From contig OX597821.1 in assembly GCA_951406725.2 (NCBI GenBank), positions 21,080,001-21,144,000 on the forward strand: a DNA stretch of 64,000 nucleotides, written 5' to 3'. Position numbers and translations under genes: made by a program. The stretch comes from Octopus vulgaris (taxonomy: Eukaryota). This document shows positions 1 to 11,335 of the stretch, one piece after another. Under the pieces are notes generated by a model. It was not told the origin of the DNA. It was given only the letters and a program-made list of their open reading frames with translations, and did no database searches. The stretch's first letter is position 1. Each line of letters opens with the position of its first letter.

Positions 1-299
1 CTTAGTTGTCAGGGCATTCGGCTCACGAACGTAAGGTCACGAGTTCATAAGTTCAATTCAGCAAAACACTTTATTTCACGTTGTTCCAGTTTATTCGGGT
101 AGCAAAAGTGCGTAGTACCTGTATTTCAAAGGGCCAGCATTCTCACACTCTGCGTCGCGCTGAATCTCTCTGAGAACTACGTTAAGGGTAAACGTGTTTC
201 TGGAGTGCTCAGCCACTTGCAAATTAATTTCACGAACAAGCTGTTCCGTTGATCGTATCAGCTGGAACCCTCGTCGTCCGAACCGGCGGAATGCTCGCA
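1..299 (+). mobile_element. tRNA-derived SINE (family A), 5' end cut by the window edge
   Basis: tRNA-like head with B-box-like GAGTTCA; body matches the reverse complement of 841-1127 and 24222-24601; ends at (TA)n/(GATA)n. Confidence 0.8.
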
Positions 300-317
300 C
301 TATATATATATATATAT

Positions 318-392
<75 letters not shown>

Positions 393-393
<1 letters not shown>

Positions 394-776
394 GTATGTG
401 CCATAAACCTCCAACCTGCAACAAAGTTTTATCTTTAATTAATATAGAAAATTTGTGAGAATTTCAGTGTCTTTAAATTTGGCAGTTTCACTTTTTTTCT
501 CTTTTTTCCAATTCAGAAACTGAATTTTTGGCTCATTCGTGTAATTATCCTCACAACTGTGTAGGTCGAACTTGAAAGTGTGTTCTAACACTAAACTCAA
601 AAAAAACCTAAGAAGTATCCCCAAAATCGCTAAAGCGTACTGTAACCACAGACCGTATTTTACCTTTCATTGGGGTAATCTACTTTTGTATACCCAATGC
701 AGCAGAAATTATTTGAAAAAAAATTCAGTAGATGAATTCCCACTGGTTGGAAATTCATCTGTTAGAACCGCTTTTC
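393..776 (-). pseudogene. Divergent decayed exon of the local paralogous array (copy 0; possibly galectin-like)
   Basis: Acceptor-like TTTTAG|AAAAGCG; translates with stops and frameshifts to ITPMKGKIRSVVTVRF...FKFDLHSCEDNYTNEPKIQFLNWKKEKK...KLCCRLEVYG, which aligns by eye with copies A-F. Confidence 0.45.
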
Positions 777-840
777 TAAAACTGTAAATTTTTTTTTTTT
801 TTCTATTTTTCTGAATCGTAAATAAGACTTTTCAATAACT

Positions 841-1127
841 GGCACTCCATCGGTTACGGCGACGTGGTGTCTAGTTTATCCGATCAATGTGCAAGTGGCT
901 GAGCACTCTACAGACACGCATAAACTTAACGTAGTTTTCAGTGAGATCCGGCGTGATACAGAATGTGACGAGTCTTGACCTTTGAAAATCTAGGTACTAC
1001 TCAGTTTTGTCAATGAACTAGGACAACGTGAAGTAAAGTGTCTTGGCCAACGAGCCTCCAGGAATCGAACTCCCGACCTTACAATCGTAAGTCGAATAAC
1101 TTAACTACTAATCCAGGAACCTTCATG
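841..1127 (-). mobile_element. tRNA-derived SINE (family A)
   Basis: Homologous to 24222-24601; B box GTTCGATTCC on the minus strand. Confidence 0.8.
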
Positions 1128-1154
1128 ATGTTCTTTTAATATATACTGTTTAGT

Positions 1155-1399
1155 GCAGGCAGCGAGCTGGCAGAAGCGTTAGCACGCCGGGAGAAATGCT
1201 TAGCGCTATTTTGTATGTCTTTCTGTTCTGAGTTCAAATTCCGCCGAGGTCGACTTTGTCTTTCATCCTTTCAGAGTCGATAGATTAAATACCATTTGCC
1301 TACTGGGGTTGATCTAATTGACTGGCCTCTTCCCCCAAAATTTCGGGCGTTGTGCCTAGAGTAGAGTAGAGTAGAGTAGGGTAGAGTAGAAAAGAAAAG
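1155..1399 (+). mobile_element. tRNA-derived SINE (family B) with 17-bp TSD
   Basis: A box TGGCAGAAGCG, B box GTTCAAATTCC, central CTTTCATCCTTTC..GTCGATA domain; TSD AATATATACTGTTTAGT at 1138-1154 and 1400-1416. Confidence 0.9.
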
Positions 1400-2719
1400 A
1401 ATATATACTGTTTAGTAGACATATATTAAATCTATATCGTGTAATATATGTATAAAGCTGTCGAGGATAACACGTCGTTTCGTAACTACATTGTTTCTCG
1501 ACATCCTCGCTATAAGCTTTTAGTTAACAAAAGCTAGTAAATACATTCCCGGAAGCTGGTATGCAAATATTAATGACCTGTACGGATGCAGTATATCGTT
1601 ATGCACACCTAATATAATACAAATTTTAGTAAACATTTTTATAAGTCAATACAGTGTTCTTCTGTGTTAGCAATGTTATTGTTAAGGTTAAACGTTTAAA
1701 ACGTTGAATATACTTAACAGTCAGTATATTATGGTTGCAGAAAGAAATACTGTGTCCCTACATGTCATTAATATTTAAAATAAGATGTCAGCGTTTCTTC
1801 GTTTCCAGGCGAAAAGCTGAAAGTGTTTTCCTACCGAATGGAATTATTAATGAGCGAAAAATAAAACAGTTGCCTGTAGAGTGTCAGCGTATTTCTATAA
1901 AATATGTAGTATGATGCTGTCATTTTTGAAGTTCGTTCGCCCAAGTATTTTAATTGATTTCCTAATTAGCACTAAGACAGGGAAGCTAAAACAAAAAAGG
2001 AAAAAAAACTAAGGCACAATCGTAGTTAATGGAAAGCGAGACAGATGGTTGCCTGCAAAACTAAGCGTTTTGGCCTCATCTCTTGCATGTGTCTTCTTTA
2101 TCCAGATATGATTATGAAATAAATACTCGTATATCTGGAAGCTATTAGAGGTGACTAATTGTATGTATACATTTATGTCCTTCTATTGGATATATAATTT
2201 AACAAAGCAGGAGAGAAGAAAGTATATACATGATGCACTACTGTTACTATTTCCCGAGACTCACCGCTCTATATCAACAGCTCACAGTGAACAGCTTGCC
2301 GAACGGACTGCCAATCACTTACAGTTCTTTGTTATAACAAATATGTCAGTTCACCTTTAGTCACTTAGGGGTGGTCGGAATCCTTCCGAACACACACACG
2401 CACACACATATATATTTATATCCAACTATGTGAAGATAGATACAGAAAAAGAAGGACACATACAAGGATGAAAAAAAGTGTCATTGGGAACTCAATTTGC
2501 GATGGTACAGAAAATCGAGAGGAAAAGACAGAGTGTGAATCATTTCCAGCAAAATATCAATAACCCATGAAATACAAAGAGTAAAAAAACACTATTATTT
2601 TAGAATAAGAAATTCAATCAATTTTTGTACTGGAAAAATATTTCTGGCAAGTAAAAGTTTTAATTTCATGGGGTTCTGGTAGCGAACAATTGCGGATATC
2701 TCTTAACAACAACAACAAC

Positions 2720-2748
2720 TAATAATAATAATAATAATAATAATAAGG

Positions 2749-2791
<43 letters not shown>

Positions 2792-2815
2792 TAACAATAA
2801 TAATAATAATAATAT

Positions 2816-2886
<71 letters not shown>
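2720..2886. repeat. (AAT)n microsatellite
   Basis: Direct reading; further (AAT)/(ATT) tracts at 3081-3229 and 3787-3878. Confidence 0.95.
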
Positions 2887-2887
<1 letters not shown>

Positions 2888-3080
2888 CCTTTCTACTTTT
2901 TTTTGTTTGGGTGGGGGAACCAGTCGATTGCATCGACGTCAGTGCGTGACTGGTACTTAGTTTATCGACCCCGAAAGGATGAAAGGCAAAATCGTCCCCG
3001 GCGGCATTTGAACATTAGAGCAAACATTTGAACATTAGAGCAAACGAAATACCGCTAACCATTCTGCCAACTCGCTGCCC
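2887..3080 (-). mobile_element. tRNA-derived SINE (family B) within (AAT)n
   Basis: Reverse complement of the family B core (TCGACCCCGAAAGGATGAAAGGCAAA). Confidence 0.8.
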
Positions 3081-3140
<60 letters not shown>

Positions 3141-3172
3141 TGATAATAATAATAATAATAATAATAATATCA

Positions 3173-3229
<57 letters not shown>

Positions 3230-3783
3230 GAGTGAGAGAGCAGTTCATGCCATCAAGGTGACACTGGGGTAAAATATACGAAGCCCAATATACCCATCAT
3301 GACTACCTGTCTGATAAAGGTACACCAGGCACATGCATCACAACCATATGTGCGCGACATGGTGATCTCATATCAAGATAAACAGCACATGACCTTGCAG
3401 GTGGGGCCCAGTTAGAATTTTCTTCAGGTTGAGTAGCCCATCCCGCTCAAACGGTCTCTGAATAAGGGTTGTTTAAGGATGTTGAAAGAACCACCCATGT
3501 TTCCAGAGGCGAACTATTCAAACCCCAAAGAATCCCTCTCAACACATGGCTATGATGCTCCCCCACTACTTCTGCTCATGATCAGAGATGCACATATCGT
3601 CAGCCACTAAGGGACATGCTCAACTGGTTATGGTCAAACAACTGACAAGCAAATCTGTGGTATTGAGTAGAATATTTGCTGTAGCCCATCTTTTATACCA
3701 AGACAAAACAATGTACATGATAACACTTCCAATCAGTTAAGATCAGAAGCCATGAGAGCCACTGCCTTGTACTGCATCAGGGC

Positions 3784-3786
<3 letters not shown>
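3230..3786. mobile_element. Unclassified ~550-bp interspersed element inserted in (ATT)n
   Basis: Complex, more GC-rich sequence sharply bounded on both sides by (ATT)n; no ORF; class not determinable. Confidence 0.5.
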
Positions 3787-3882
<96 letters not shown>

Positions 3883-3884
3883 AT

Positions 3885-4119
3885 ATGTTTCAAGAAATTT
3901 GACAAACTAAGTAAATATAAGGGCTTGGAATTTGAAATACAAAAGATGTATCATCTTAAAACGAGAACAGTTCTTGTTATTGTAGGAACATATGTATGAT
4001 AAGAAATGGATGACAGAAACATCTAGATAAGATTTCAGGAAATCCATATCTCAGAGAAAACCAAAAGATTGTGCTGACAAAGCACTGCCCACATCTTTAG
4101 AAAAACCCTATCCATTTAG
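3885..4119 (+). mobile_element. R4/Dong-clade non-LTR retrotransposon, C-terminal endonuclease remnant
   Basis: KFDKLSKYKGLEFEIQKMYHLKTRTVLVIVG...QKIVLTSTAHIFRKTLSI*, matching the KxxKYxxLxxEI motif; adjacent to (TAA)n, the known Dong target. Confidence 0.75.
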
Positions 4120-4309
4120 ACGTCTGTATTGTATCACATGTAGATATTCATGTAACATCTGTAACATCCTTTGTAACAACTCGTATAATAAGAAAGGTAC
4201 GTCAGACGGTAAAAGAAGGTGACTACGTATTTACAATATCTTGGAAGCCGACACATGCATGCACACATACATATGTACGTACACCCCCCCCCCCACACCC
4301 CCCACACAC

Positions 4310-4372
<63 letters not shown>

Positions 4373-4431
4373 TATATATATAGATATATATATATATATA
4401 TATACATACACATATATATATACATACACAC

Positions 4432-4661
4432 AGGCGGAGAGGTGGCAGAAACGTTAGCACACTGGGCGAAATGCTTAGCAGTATTTCATCTGCCGTTACG
4501 TTCTGAGTTCAAATTCCGCAGAGGTCGACTTTGCCTTTCTTCCTTTCAGGGTCGATAAATTAAGTACCAGTTACGCACTGGAGTCGATGTAATCGACTTA
4601 ATCCGTTTGTCTGTCCTTGTTTGTCCCCTCTATGTTTAGCCCCTTGTGGGCAATAAAGAAA
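4432..4661 (+). mobile_element. tRNA-derived SINE (family B) with a Tx1-like 3' tail
   Basis: A and B boxes, family B core, tail ...AGCCCCTTGTGGGCAATAAAGAAA. Confidence 0.9.
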
Positions 4662-4693
4662 TATATATATACATACACACACGTATATGCATC

Positions 4694-5400
4694 TGTAGGT
4701 GCAGTAGAGGTCAACGTTCTGCTCCCGACACATCTCCTGCAGCTGTCCAGCAGCAAACACCATGTCGATAGTCCCACGCTCTTTCCGGAAGCCATACTGG
4801 CTCTCATGTAGAAGACCCTGCTCTAGGTGTGCAATGAGGTGGTTTAGCAAAGCTCAAGTCAGGATCTTGCCTGTGATGGACAGCAGTGAAATTCTGCGAT
4901 GATTGTCGCAGACCTTGTGGTTTCCATTTCGCTTGTAGAGGTGGATGATGGAGGCATCCTTGAAGTCCAGCGGCACTGTCTCGTACATCCAGATGAACTG
5001 AAGCAGCTGGTGAATTTTCCTGGTCAGGGCCATACCGCCTTCTTTGAAGACTTCAACCAGAAGAATGGCTTTAAGGACACACTGAAAGCCTCACTGAAAG
5101 CCTTCAACATCGAGCATGACACTTGAGATCAGTCAGCTCTAGACAGAGAAGGGTGGAGATCAGCTGTCCACAGGGGTGCCAACACATGCAAGACCAATAA
5201 GATCGCTGCTGATGAAGACCGCAGACAAGCCAGGAAGAACAGAGCTAACAACACTGTAGCAGGCGCTACCATTCCCTGTCCACACTGCCAAAGACTCTTT
5301 CGGGCGCAGATTGGCCTCACTAGCTATCTGCGGAATCACAAAACAAGCCCACCCCACCACAGGATGACTAGATGTTCTTCGTTGCATCGACGGACAACCT
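4694..5400. mobile_element. RTE-clade (BovB-like) LINE remnant with 5' inversion
   Basis: 4694-5054 minus: RT segment FKDASIIHLYK...ESQYGFRKERGTIDMVF; 5055-5400 plus: C-terminus FKDTLKASLKAFNI...DREGWRS...CPHCQRLFRAQIGL and an RTE-type 3' end. Confidence 0.85.
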
Positions 5401-5460
5401 GCACACACATATGTATCTAGCTGCCTACCTATCTCTTTCTCTCTCATTCTCTCTTTCTCT

Positions 5461-5506
<46 letters not shown>

Positions 5507-6257
5507 ATATATATATAAAATCAAATTAGAGATAAAACCACTATTAGGCAACTCAAACACTGATAGACATAAACCAAAACATAAAAAACAAAAAATATAA
5601 TTAATATAATATACAATATATATAAAAAATATAAATTATTAAAATTTAAAATTTTTAAATTTATGTTTTTAAATATATATATATAAATGTGTGTATACAT
5701 ATACACGCACACACATACACACATATACAATATGTGCATGTATGTATACATGCATGTAAATATGCATGCATAAACGGGGAACTGAGATACAGCATTTCTT
5801 TCATACGTGTTACATTAAAGAAACGGACTCAACTGAATTCGAGTTTTATCTTTATTTTCGAAGTTTCGTACTTTCTTATCTGTTTATGCAGCTAGTTTGA
5901 AACAATGAATTTTATTAATGTATTTCACAAACTACAATCTCTTTCCAAGAATTGAAAATAGATTTGGCGTCTGCGATGATTCTTTTATATACTACAGAAA
6001 TATTTGTAGACATTTTCGCTAAAAGATGTTTTGTGTTAGGCTTGTATATGAAACGATAACGATGAAAAAAAAAATTGACCAGAAATTCTCTAAGAATATG
6101 CTAGACGCCAAATATGTTTCAATTCTTCAAAATGTGATTGCGAAGGTGTGTAAACGTTGAATAAACATTTAGTAAATTTATTGTTCGGAAACACGTGCAA
6201 AAGCCTGATAAATAAGGGAAATCTAAATTAAAGAAACTAAAACTGTATTGGTGCAGT

Positions 6258-6317
<60 letters not shown>

Positions 6318-6365
6318 GTATATATTTGTTTGTGTATGTGCGTGCCCGTGTTTCTCTCTCTCTCT

Positions 6366-6404
<39 letters not shown>

Positions 6405-6407
<3 letters not shown>

Positions 6408-6775
6408 GGTGTGCCAGAACTAACTAACTTTGTCAAATTGTTTTTTTAAGCCTCATTTTTATTTACGAATGTTTAATATGCGTTAACAGTGTATAAATTC
6501 TGAATTTTGTTTATAATTTTTGATTTCACTGATGTGTAGGGAGTATTCTCTGGGGATGAAGGATGAGGAAATGATCGCAGCCAAAATTGAAGAAGAGCGG
6601 CTGTGGCGAGATCCAACAAGAATAACAGTAAATCATTAAAAAATTATAAAAACTATAAGATTATAAGGAAAATTACTTTCTAATTTATACACTTTTAACA
6701 TATGGAACATAAAAGTGAGTTTTAAAAAGCTCGTCCGATTTCTCTAAAATAGATAGTTAATTCTGCGACACCGTG
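6405..6775. mobile_element. Tc1/mariner-type MITE
   Basis: Imperfect TIRs GGTGTGCCAGAACTAACTA / TAGTTAATTCTGCGACACC, TA flanks, subterminal inverted repeats. Confidence 0.6.
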
Positions 6776-6809
6776 TATATGTATCTGTGTGCGTGTGTAT
6801 GCGTGTGTG

Positions 6810-7050
6810 TGGAGTAGCGTGGTGTAGTGGCTAGGGTGCCGTGCTGTTGATTGTAAGACTGCAGTTTCGATTTTTGGACCTTGTGATGCTTCGTATTCTT
6901 GACAGAAACATTACACTTTACACTACTCCAGTCCATCTAGTTGTTAAAACTGAGAAATCCTTCGACTCATTGGCGTCCCGTCCTGGAGTAATTAGACCAG
7001 AGAATTCGGCAAACTGTCCATATGAGTCTAAGGGCCGAGCGGAAAATTTT
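6810..7050 (+). mobile_element. Old tRNA-derived SINE
   Basis: A box TGGTGTAGTGG, degenerate B box GTTTCGATT. Confidence 0.6.
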
Positions 7051-7074
7051 GTCAATTACATATATATTAATTTT

Positions 7075-7237
7075 TTTATTCTTTGACTTGTTTCAGAAAC
7101 TTGATTGCAGCCATGCAGATGCACCGCCTTCAGTCGAAGAAGTCCGCCCCAAGACTTATTCTTTGTAAGCCTAGTACTCGCTTAGCTACGAGACGTAAAC
7201 ACACCAACAGCGGTATCAAGTGTGGAGACAAATGCAG

Positions 7238-7240
<3 letters not shown>
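7075..7240 (-). mobile_element. SINE family C, 3' portion
   Basis: GACTTATTCTTTGTAAGCCTAGTAC matches the reverse complement of the family C tail. Confidence 0.7.
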
Positions 7241-7329
<89 letters not shown>

Positions 7330-7335
7330 ACACAC

Positions 7336-7561
7336 ACACAGTTGGCAGCTGAAAAAATTGTTGTTTTTAGGTTAGAACGAAAAACATGATTGTATGCCCA
7401 AACTTTCCAGTTATTTTACAGGGCCTAGAAAAACGAAGGATCGCTGCAAGAAATATGTGTCAGTCTGAGAGGGGAATATGTTCAATAAAATCATATTTAA
7501 CTGGTCCAGCTGTATTTTCTTTTACCCATCCCCAGGAACTTTTCAGTCCCCACCCTTGTGT
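7336..7561 (+). mobile_element. mariner-derived non-autonomous element
   Basis: Transposase C-terminus remnant (VSLRGEYVQ*) and right TIR CCAGGAACTTTTCAG, related to 25013-25208. Confidence 0.55.
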
Positions 7562-7637
7562 ACACACAGTCACATACACACTTTATATATATATGTATGC
7601 GTGTGTGTGTGCGTGTGTGTGTGTGTGTGTTTTAATA

Positions 7638-7715
<78 letters not shown>

Positions 7716-7829
7716 TGTATGAATGTATATGTGCATGTTTTTTGTTTTTTGTTCTTTAAGCATTCGATCTTTACAAGGTTCTTAGACCACTGAAAACTTA
7801 AGACCTACTAGAATAAAATGGACGCTAGA

Positions 7830-8165
7830 CAGATGTCAATAGGCGACGATGTACATTACACTTAAAAAACTGGAGGTCATATTGAAGAGGGAAAGAAGAC
7901 TGTGGATGGGAATTCCAAAGTTCAGAGGTGCGAGGGAAGGAACTGGTACCGTAAAGTGCTTTACGGCAATTAGGAGTTTGCACATTATATTGATGAGAAC
8001 TATATATATATCTGCAAGTCTAGTTGATCTGTGATAAGGTCTAAAAGGAGGAACCAGGTAAGAGAGCTCAGCTGAACAATATCCATGAAAATACCTGCAG
8101 AAAAATGACAAGAAGGTCACACGACGATGATGAGAGAGTGAATACAATTTAAAAGAGAGATCATG
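7830..8165 (-). mobile_element. Jockey/CR1-group LINE, RT C-terminal remnant
   Basis: LSHHRRVTFLSFFCRYFHGYCSAELSYLVPP...RSTR, followed by an LWNS-like motif after a frameshift. Confidence 0.7.
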
Positions 8166-8229
8166 ACTAATAGCATTACAAATATGTATGTTTATTTATA
8201 CGCTTGTATGTGTACTTATGGGCGTGTAG

Positions 8230-8660
8230 GTCTGTGTATGACTATATCACTTTTCTCAAAGACCGATATCACTACTCATATGGGATTGCCTCTTCTTCGT
8301 CTTATATCATACACCAAACTAACGTTCTACTTGCCAATACAAGTAAATTAATCCCATGCACACCAATTTCTATCTATTAACCTTCATCAAAAACAGTTTT
8401 TCCATCTCTTTCTTGCATAAATATCAAATGAAATGTTGCCACTTGCTTCTATTTCTGTCGTAATATTTCAAGTTGAAATTGAATTTAAGAGAAATAACTT
8501 TCGAAAAAATACAAAGATTCCATTCTACATTAAAGCAGCTGGAGATAATCAACGTTCATTTAATCTTTAGTTTAAAAGTAATTTTGACATTTTAGAATCT
8601 CAAAATATCTGATAATGTAAAAATGGTAAGTGGATCTCATAAAAACAAAAGTCAGGTTTT
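8230..8660 (-). pseudogene. Decayed paralogous exon, copy A (possibly galectin-like)
   Basis: Acceptor TTTAAG|AAAACCTGAC; DILRF*NVKITFKLKIK*TLIISSCFNVEW...KFNFNLKYYDRNRSKWQHFI; clear nucleotide homology to copies B, C and E. Confidence 0.6.
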
Positions 8661-8803
8661 CTTAAATAAAATTTGTGGCTTTTTTCAATGGCGTACTTGC
8701 GGCTTTTGTATTGTGCTAGATTATATTCTGTCTTGAACAAAGCATTTAATTATACATACGTATTTGTCTACTTTTATGGAATCTTTGGAGTAAATATATA
8801 TAA

Positions 8804-8875
<72 letters not shown>

Positions 8876-8974
8876 ATATACCTACGTACAATTATATATA
8901 CCTACCTATATTTATATACATCAGTATGTGTGTACTTATTTATATGTATATAGGTATGTAAATAGACGAATGAG

Positions 8975-9400
8975 AGACTGAATCGTAAGAGGAGTCCTTC
9001 CTAACCGCGTGGTTCCATGTTCAATCCCACTGTGTTGTATCTTTTGTAATTGTCTTATACTATAGCCTCAGGACGGCTAAGACCTTGTGAGTGGATTTGG
9101 TTGACGAAAACTGAAAGAGACCAGCCGTATATATAGATATAGATATACGTATACAACAGGTGTGTGTGTGCGCGCGTATGAGTATGTGTGCGCATGTGTG
9201 TATGTGTGTGTTTGCGTTTTTATGTCTGTGTTTGTCCCCCATCACCGCTTGACTACTAGCGTTGGTGTACTTACATCCCCCGTAAAATAGCGGTTCACCA
9301 AAATAGACCGATAGAATAAGTACAAGGCTTAGTTGATAAGTTCTGAGATTGATTTCTTGTACAAAAATCTCTTCAAGGCAGTAACCCTGCGACACTGAAT
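8975..9400 (+). mobile_element. tRNA-derived SINE (family C), degenerate
   Basis: GTTCAATCCCACTG head, CCTTGTGAGTGGATTTGG core, internal microsatellite, GACCGATAGAATAAGTAC tail. Confidence 0.75.
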
Positions 9401-10037
9401 TCAAAAAACTGTTTATACATGTATACGTGTATGTATGAGTGTGTGTTTGCGTGTTTGTGTGTATTTGTGTATATGTATATGAAGAGAAATGCATACGCAC
9501 ACACAGTCATACATATATACATACGAAAGAGTAGGCAAACGAAAGAAGGGCTACATGTATGGATCGAAACAGTTTGATTCAAATTTGTTGATATGAGTTT
9601 CAAGCGTGATGCTAGTCGGCAGCCATTTCACCAGTATTGCTAGGGGTAAGAGTCAAAACAATTACATTACCTTAGAAGCCTTATCTTAATAACTGACAAG
9701 GGTAGGCAAATCACTGGTGATTTCCAATTTTCATACACAGAATATTAATTCTCATCGGTAGCACTTATTGCGCCAAGGGTTAAACAATTATGAAAGTCTT
9801 GACCGTATGGAAATTTTTTTATAATTTCATGTTCTAAGGAATTTCCTGTAATTTCAATTTCTGAAGGTCATTCAATATTTGAACGACAGGATTTTCATGA
9901 ATTCACTGCGGTGAAGATTTAATAATTAATATTAATTCGTTATATATATTTAAGGGATACGGTCTCTTTTGTAAGCTGGTGACTGATAAATCATTAATTA
10001 ATGAATTTATCCTAATTATGTATGCATATATATATAT

Positions 10038-10354
10038 AAAATCACAATAAGGGTGACAAAATTGAATATTAATTAATAACATCAATTTAAAACACCTAGC
10101 GTAAAAAAACTAAGATACAGTAAAAATTATTAATACATGTAATAAGAGAGAGACCACATGTGGTCACTCTAACGCTAGAAATAGATCCGCAAAGGGAATC
10201 CACCACTAAATAATTGTTCTCAAGTATTAATTCAACACGCCAAGAATGTAATCGGGTTGAATTAATACTTGAGAACAATTCTTTAGTGGTGGATTCCTTT
10301 TGCGGATCTATTTCTAACGTTAGAGTGACCACATGTAGTCTCTCCCTCTTATTA

Positions 10355-10357
<3 letters not shown>
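10038..10357. mobile_element. Fold-back element in (TA)n (probable Penelope-like 3' end with inverted copy)
   Basis: ~97-bp inverted arms 10140-10237 / 10257-10353; both ends abut (TA)n. Confidence 0.6.
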
Positions 10358-10414
<57 letters not shown>

Positions 10415-10867
10415 GTTGTATTTGAGAAGGTCACGTTGTCAATTTAGCCAGTGGAAACACACGCACTATTATTCGGTGTTCACTTACTTCAGCTTAATTT
10501 CATATTGATGATATTTCGGCCAGAGTTCTTTCGTTACACTTTATTATATTTTGTTTATAATAACTTTATTCCATTTATATTACTATTTTATTAGTTTCAT
10601 ATTATTATTAGTTTATGGAGATCTTATTCTGTCATCATATTCTGGTGTGAGCGTGTGTTCTAGTCTTCCAATCCAGTTTCCTATTTAGCCTAGGTTTATC
10701 TTCTATTATGTGTGTAGCTTCCGTAATTTGTCTAAGCGTTGCGTCCGTTCTATGTGTGGACAATATTTTTTATTTCTTGTTTCTTGAGTGAGCCACCGTA
10801 TTACCTATCGGCGTGTTGTTATAGTACCGATGCGGTGTTCTCTTCTTTGAGTTTATATATACATATA

Positions 10868-10957
<90 letters not shown>

Positions 10958-11037
10958 TATGTGTGTGTGTTTGTTTCAACATATGAATTGGCATAAGGTA
11001 TCTTGCAAACTAGATACAAAAGTGGGGTATGCATTTA

Positions 11038-11180
<143 letters not shown>

Positions 11181-11296
11181 AATAGTAAAAAGTGAAAAAA
11201 CTACAGAAGACTTGTTTTAAGAGGTTAAAGAATATATATTCAAGTCAATATGTCTGAAGAATATTATAAATTTTTTCTTACAATGACATAGTTTAG

Positions 11297-11335
11297 AAGA
11301 AAGACCGGTTTCGCGTTTAGCTTTTCAAATTTCTT
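11297..11335 (-). ncRNA. Minimal hammerhead-like motif in the inverted arm (variant core UUGAAAA)
   Basis: Reverse complement of 15293-15331. Confidence 0.55.

Noticed and set aside
9590-9760. Possible long-stem hammerhead (CCGATGA..TCACCAGT/ACTGGTGA..GAAAC) on the minus strand
   Set aside because: No stem I and a mismatched stem III.
10420-10475. TTGAGAA..GAAAC hammerhead-like motif
   Set aside because: No UH cleavage triplet and no stem I.
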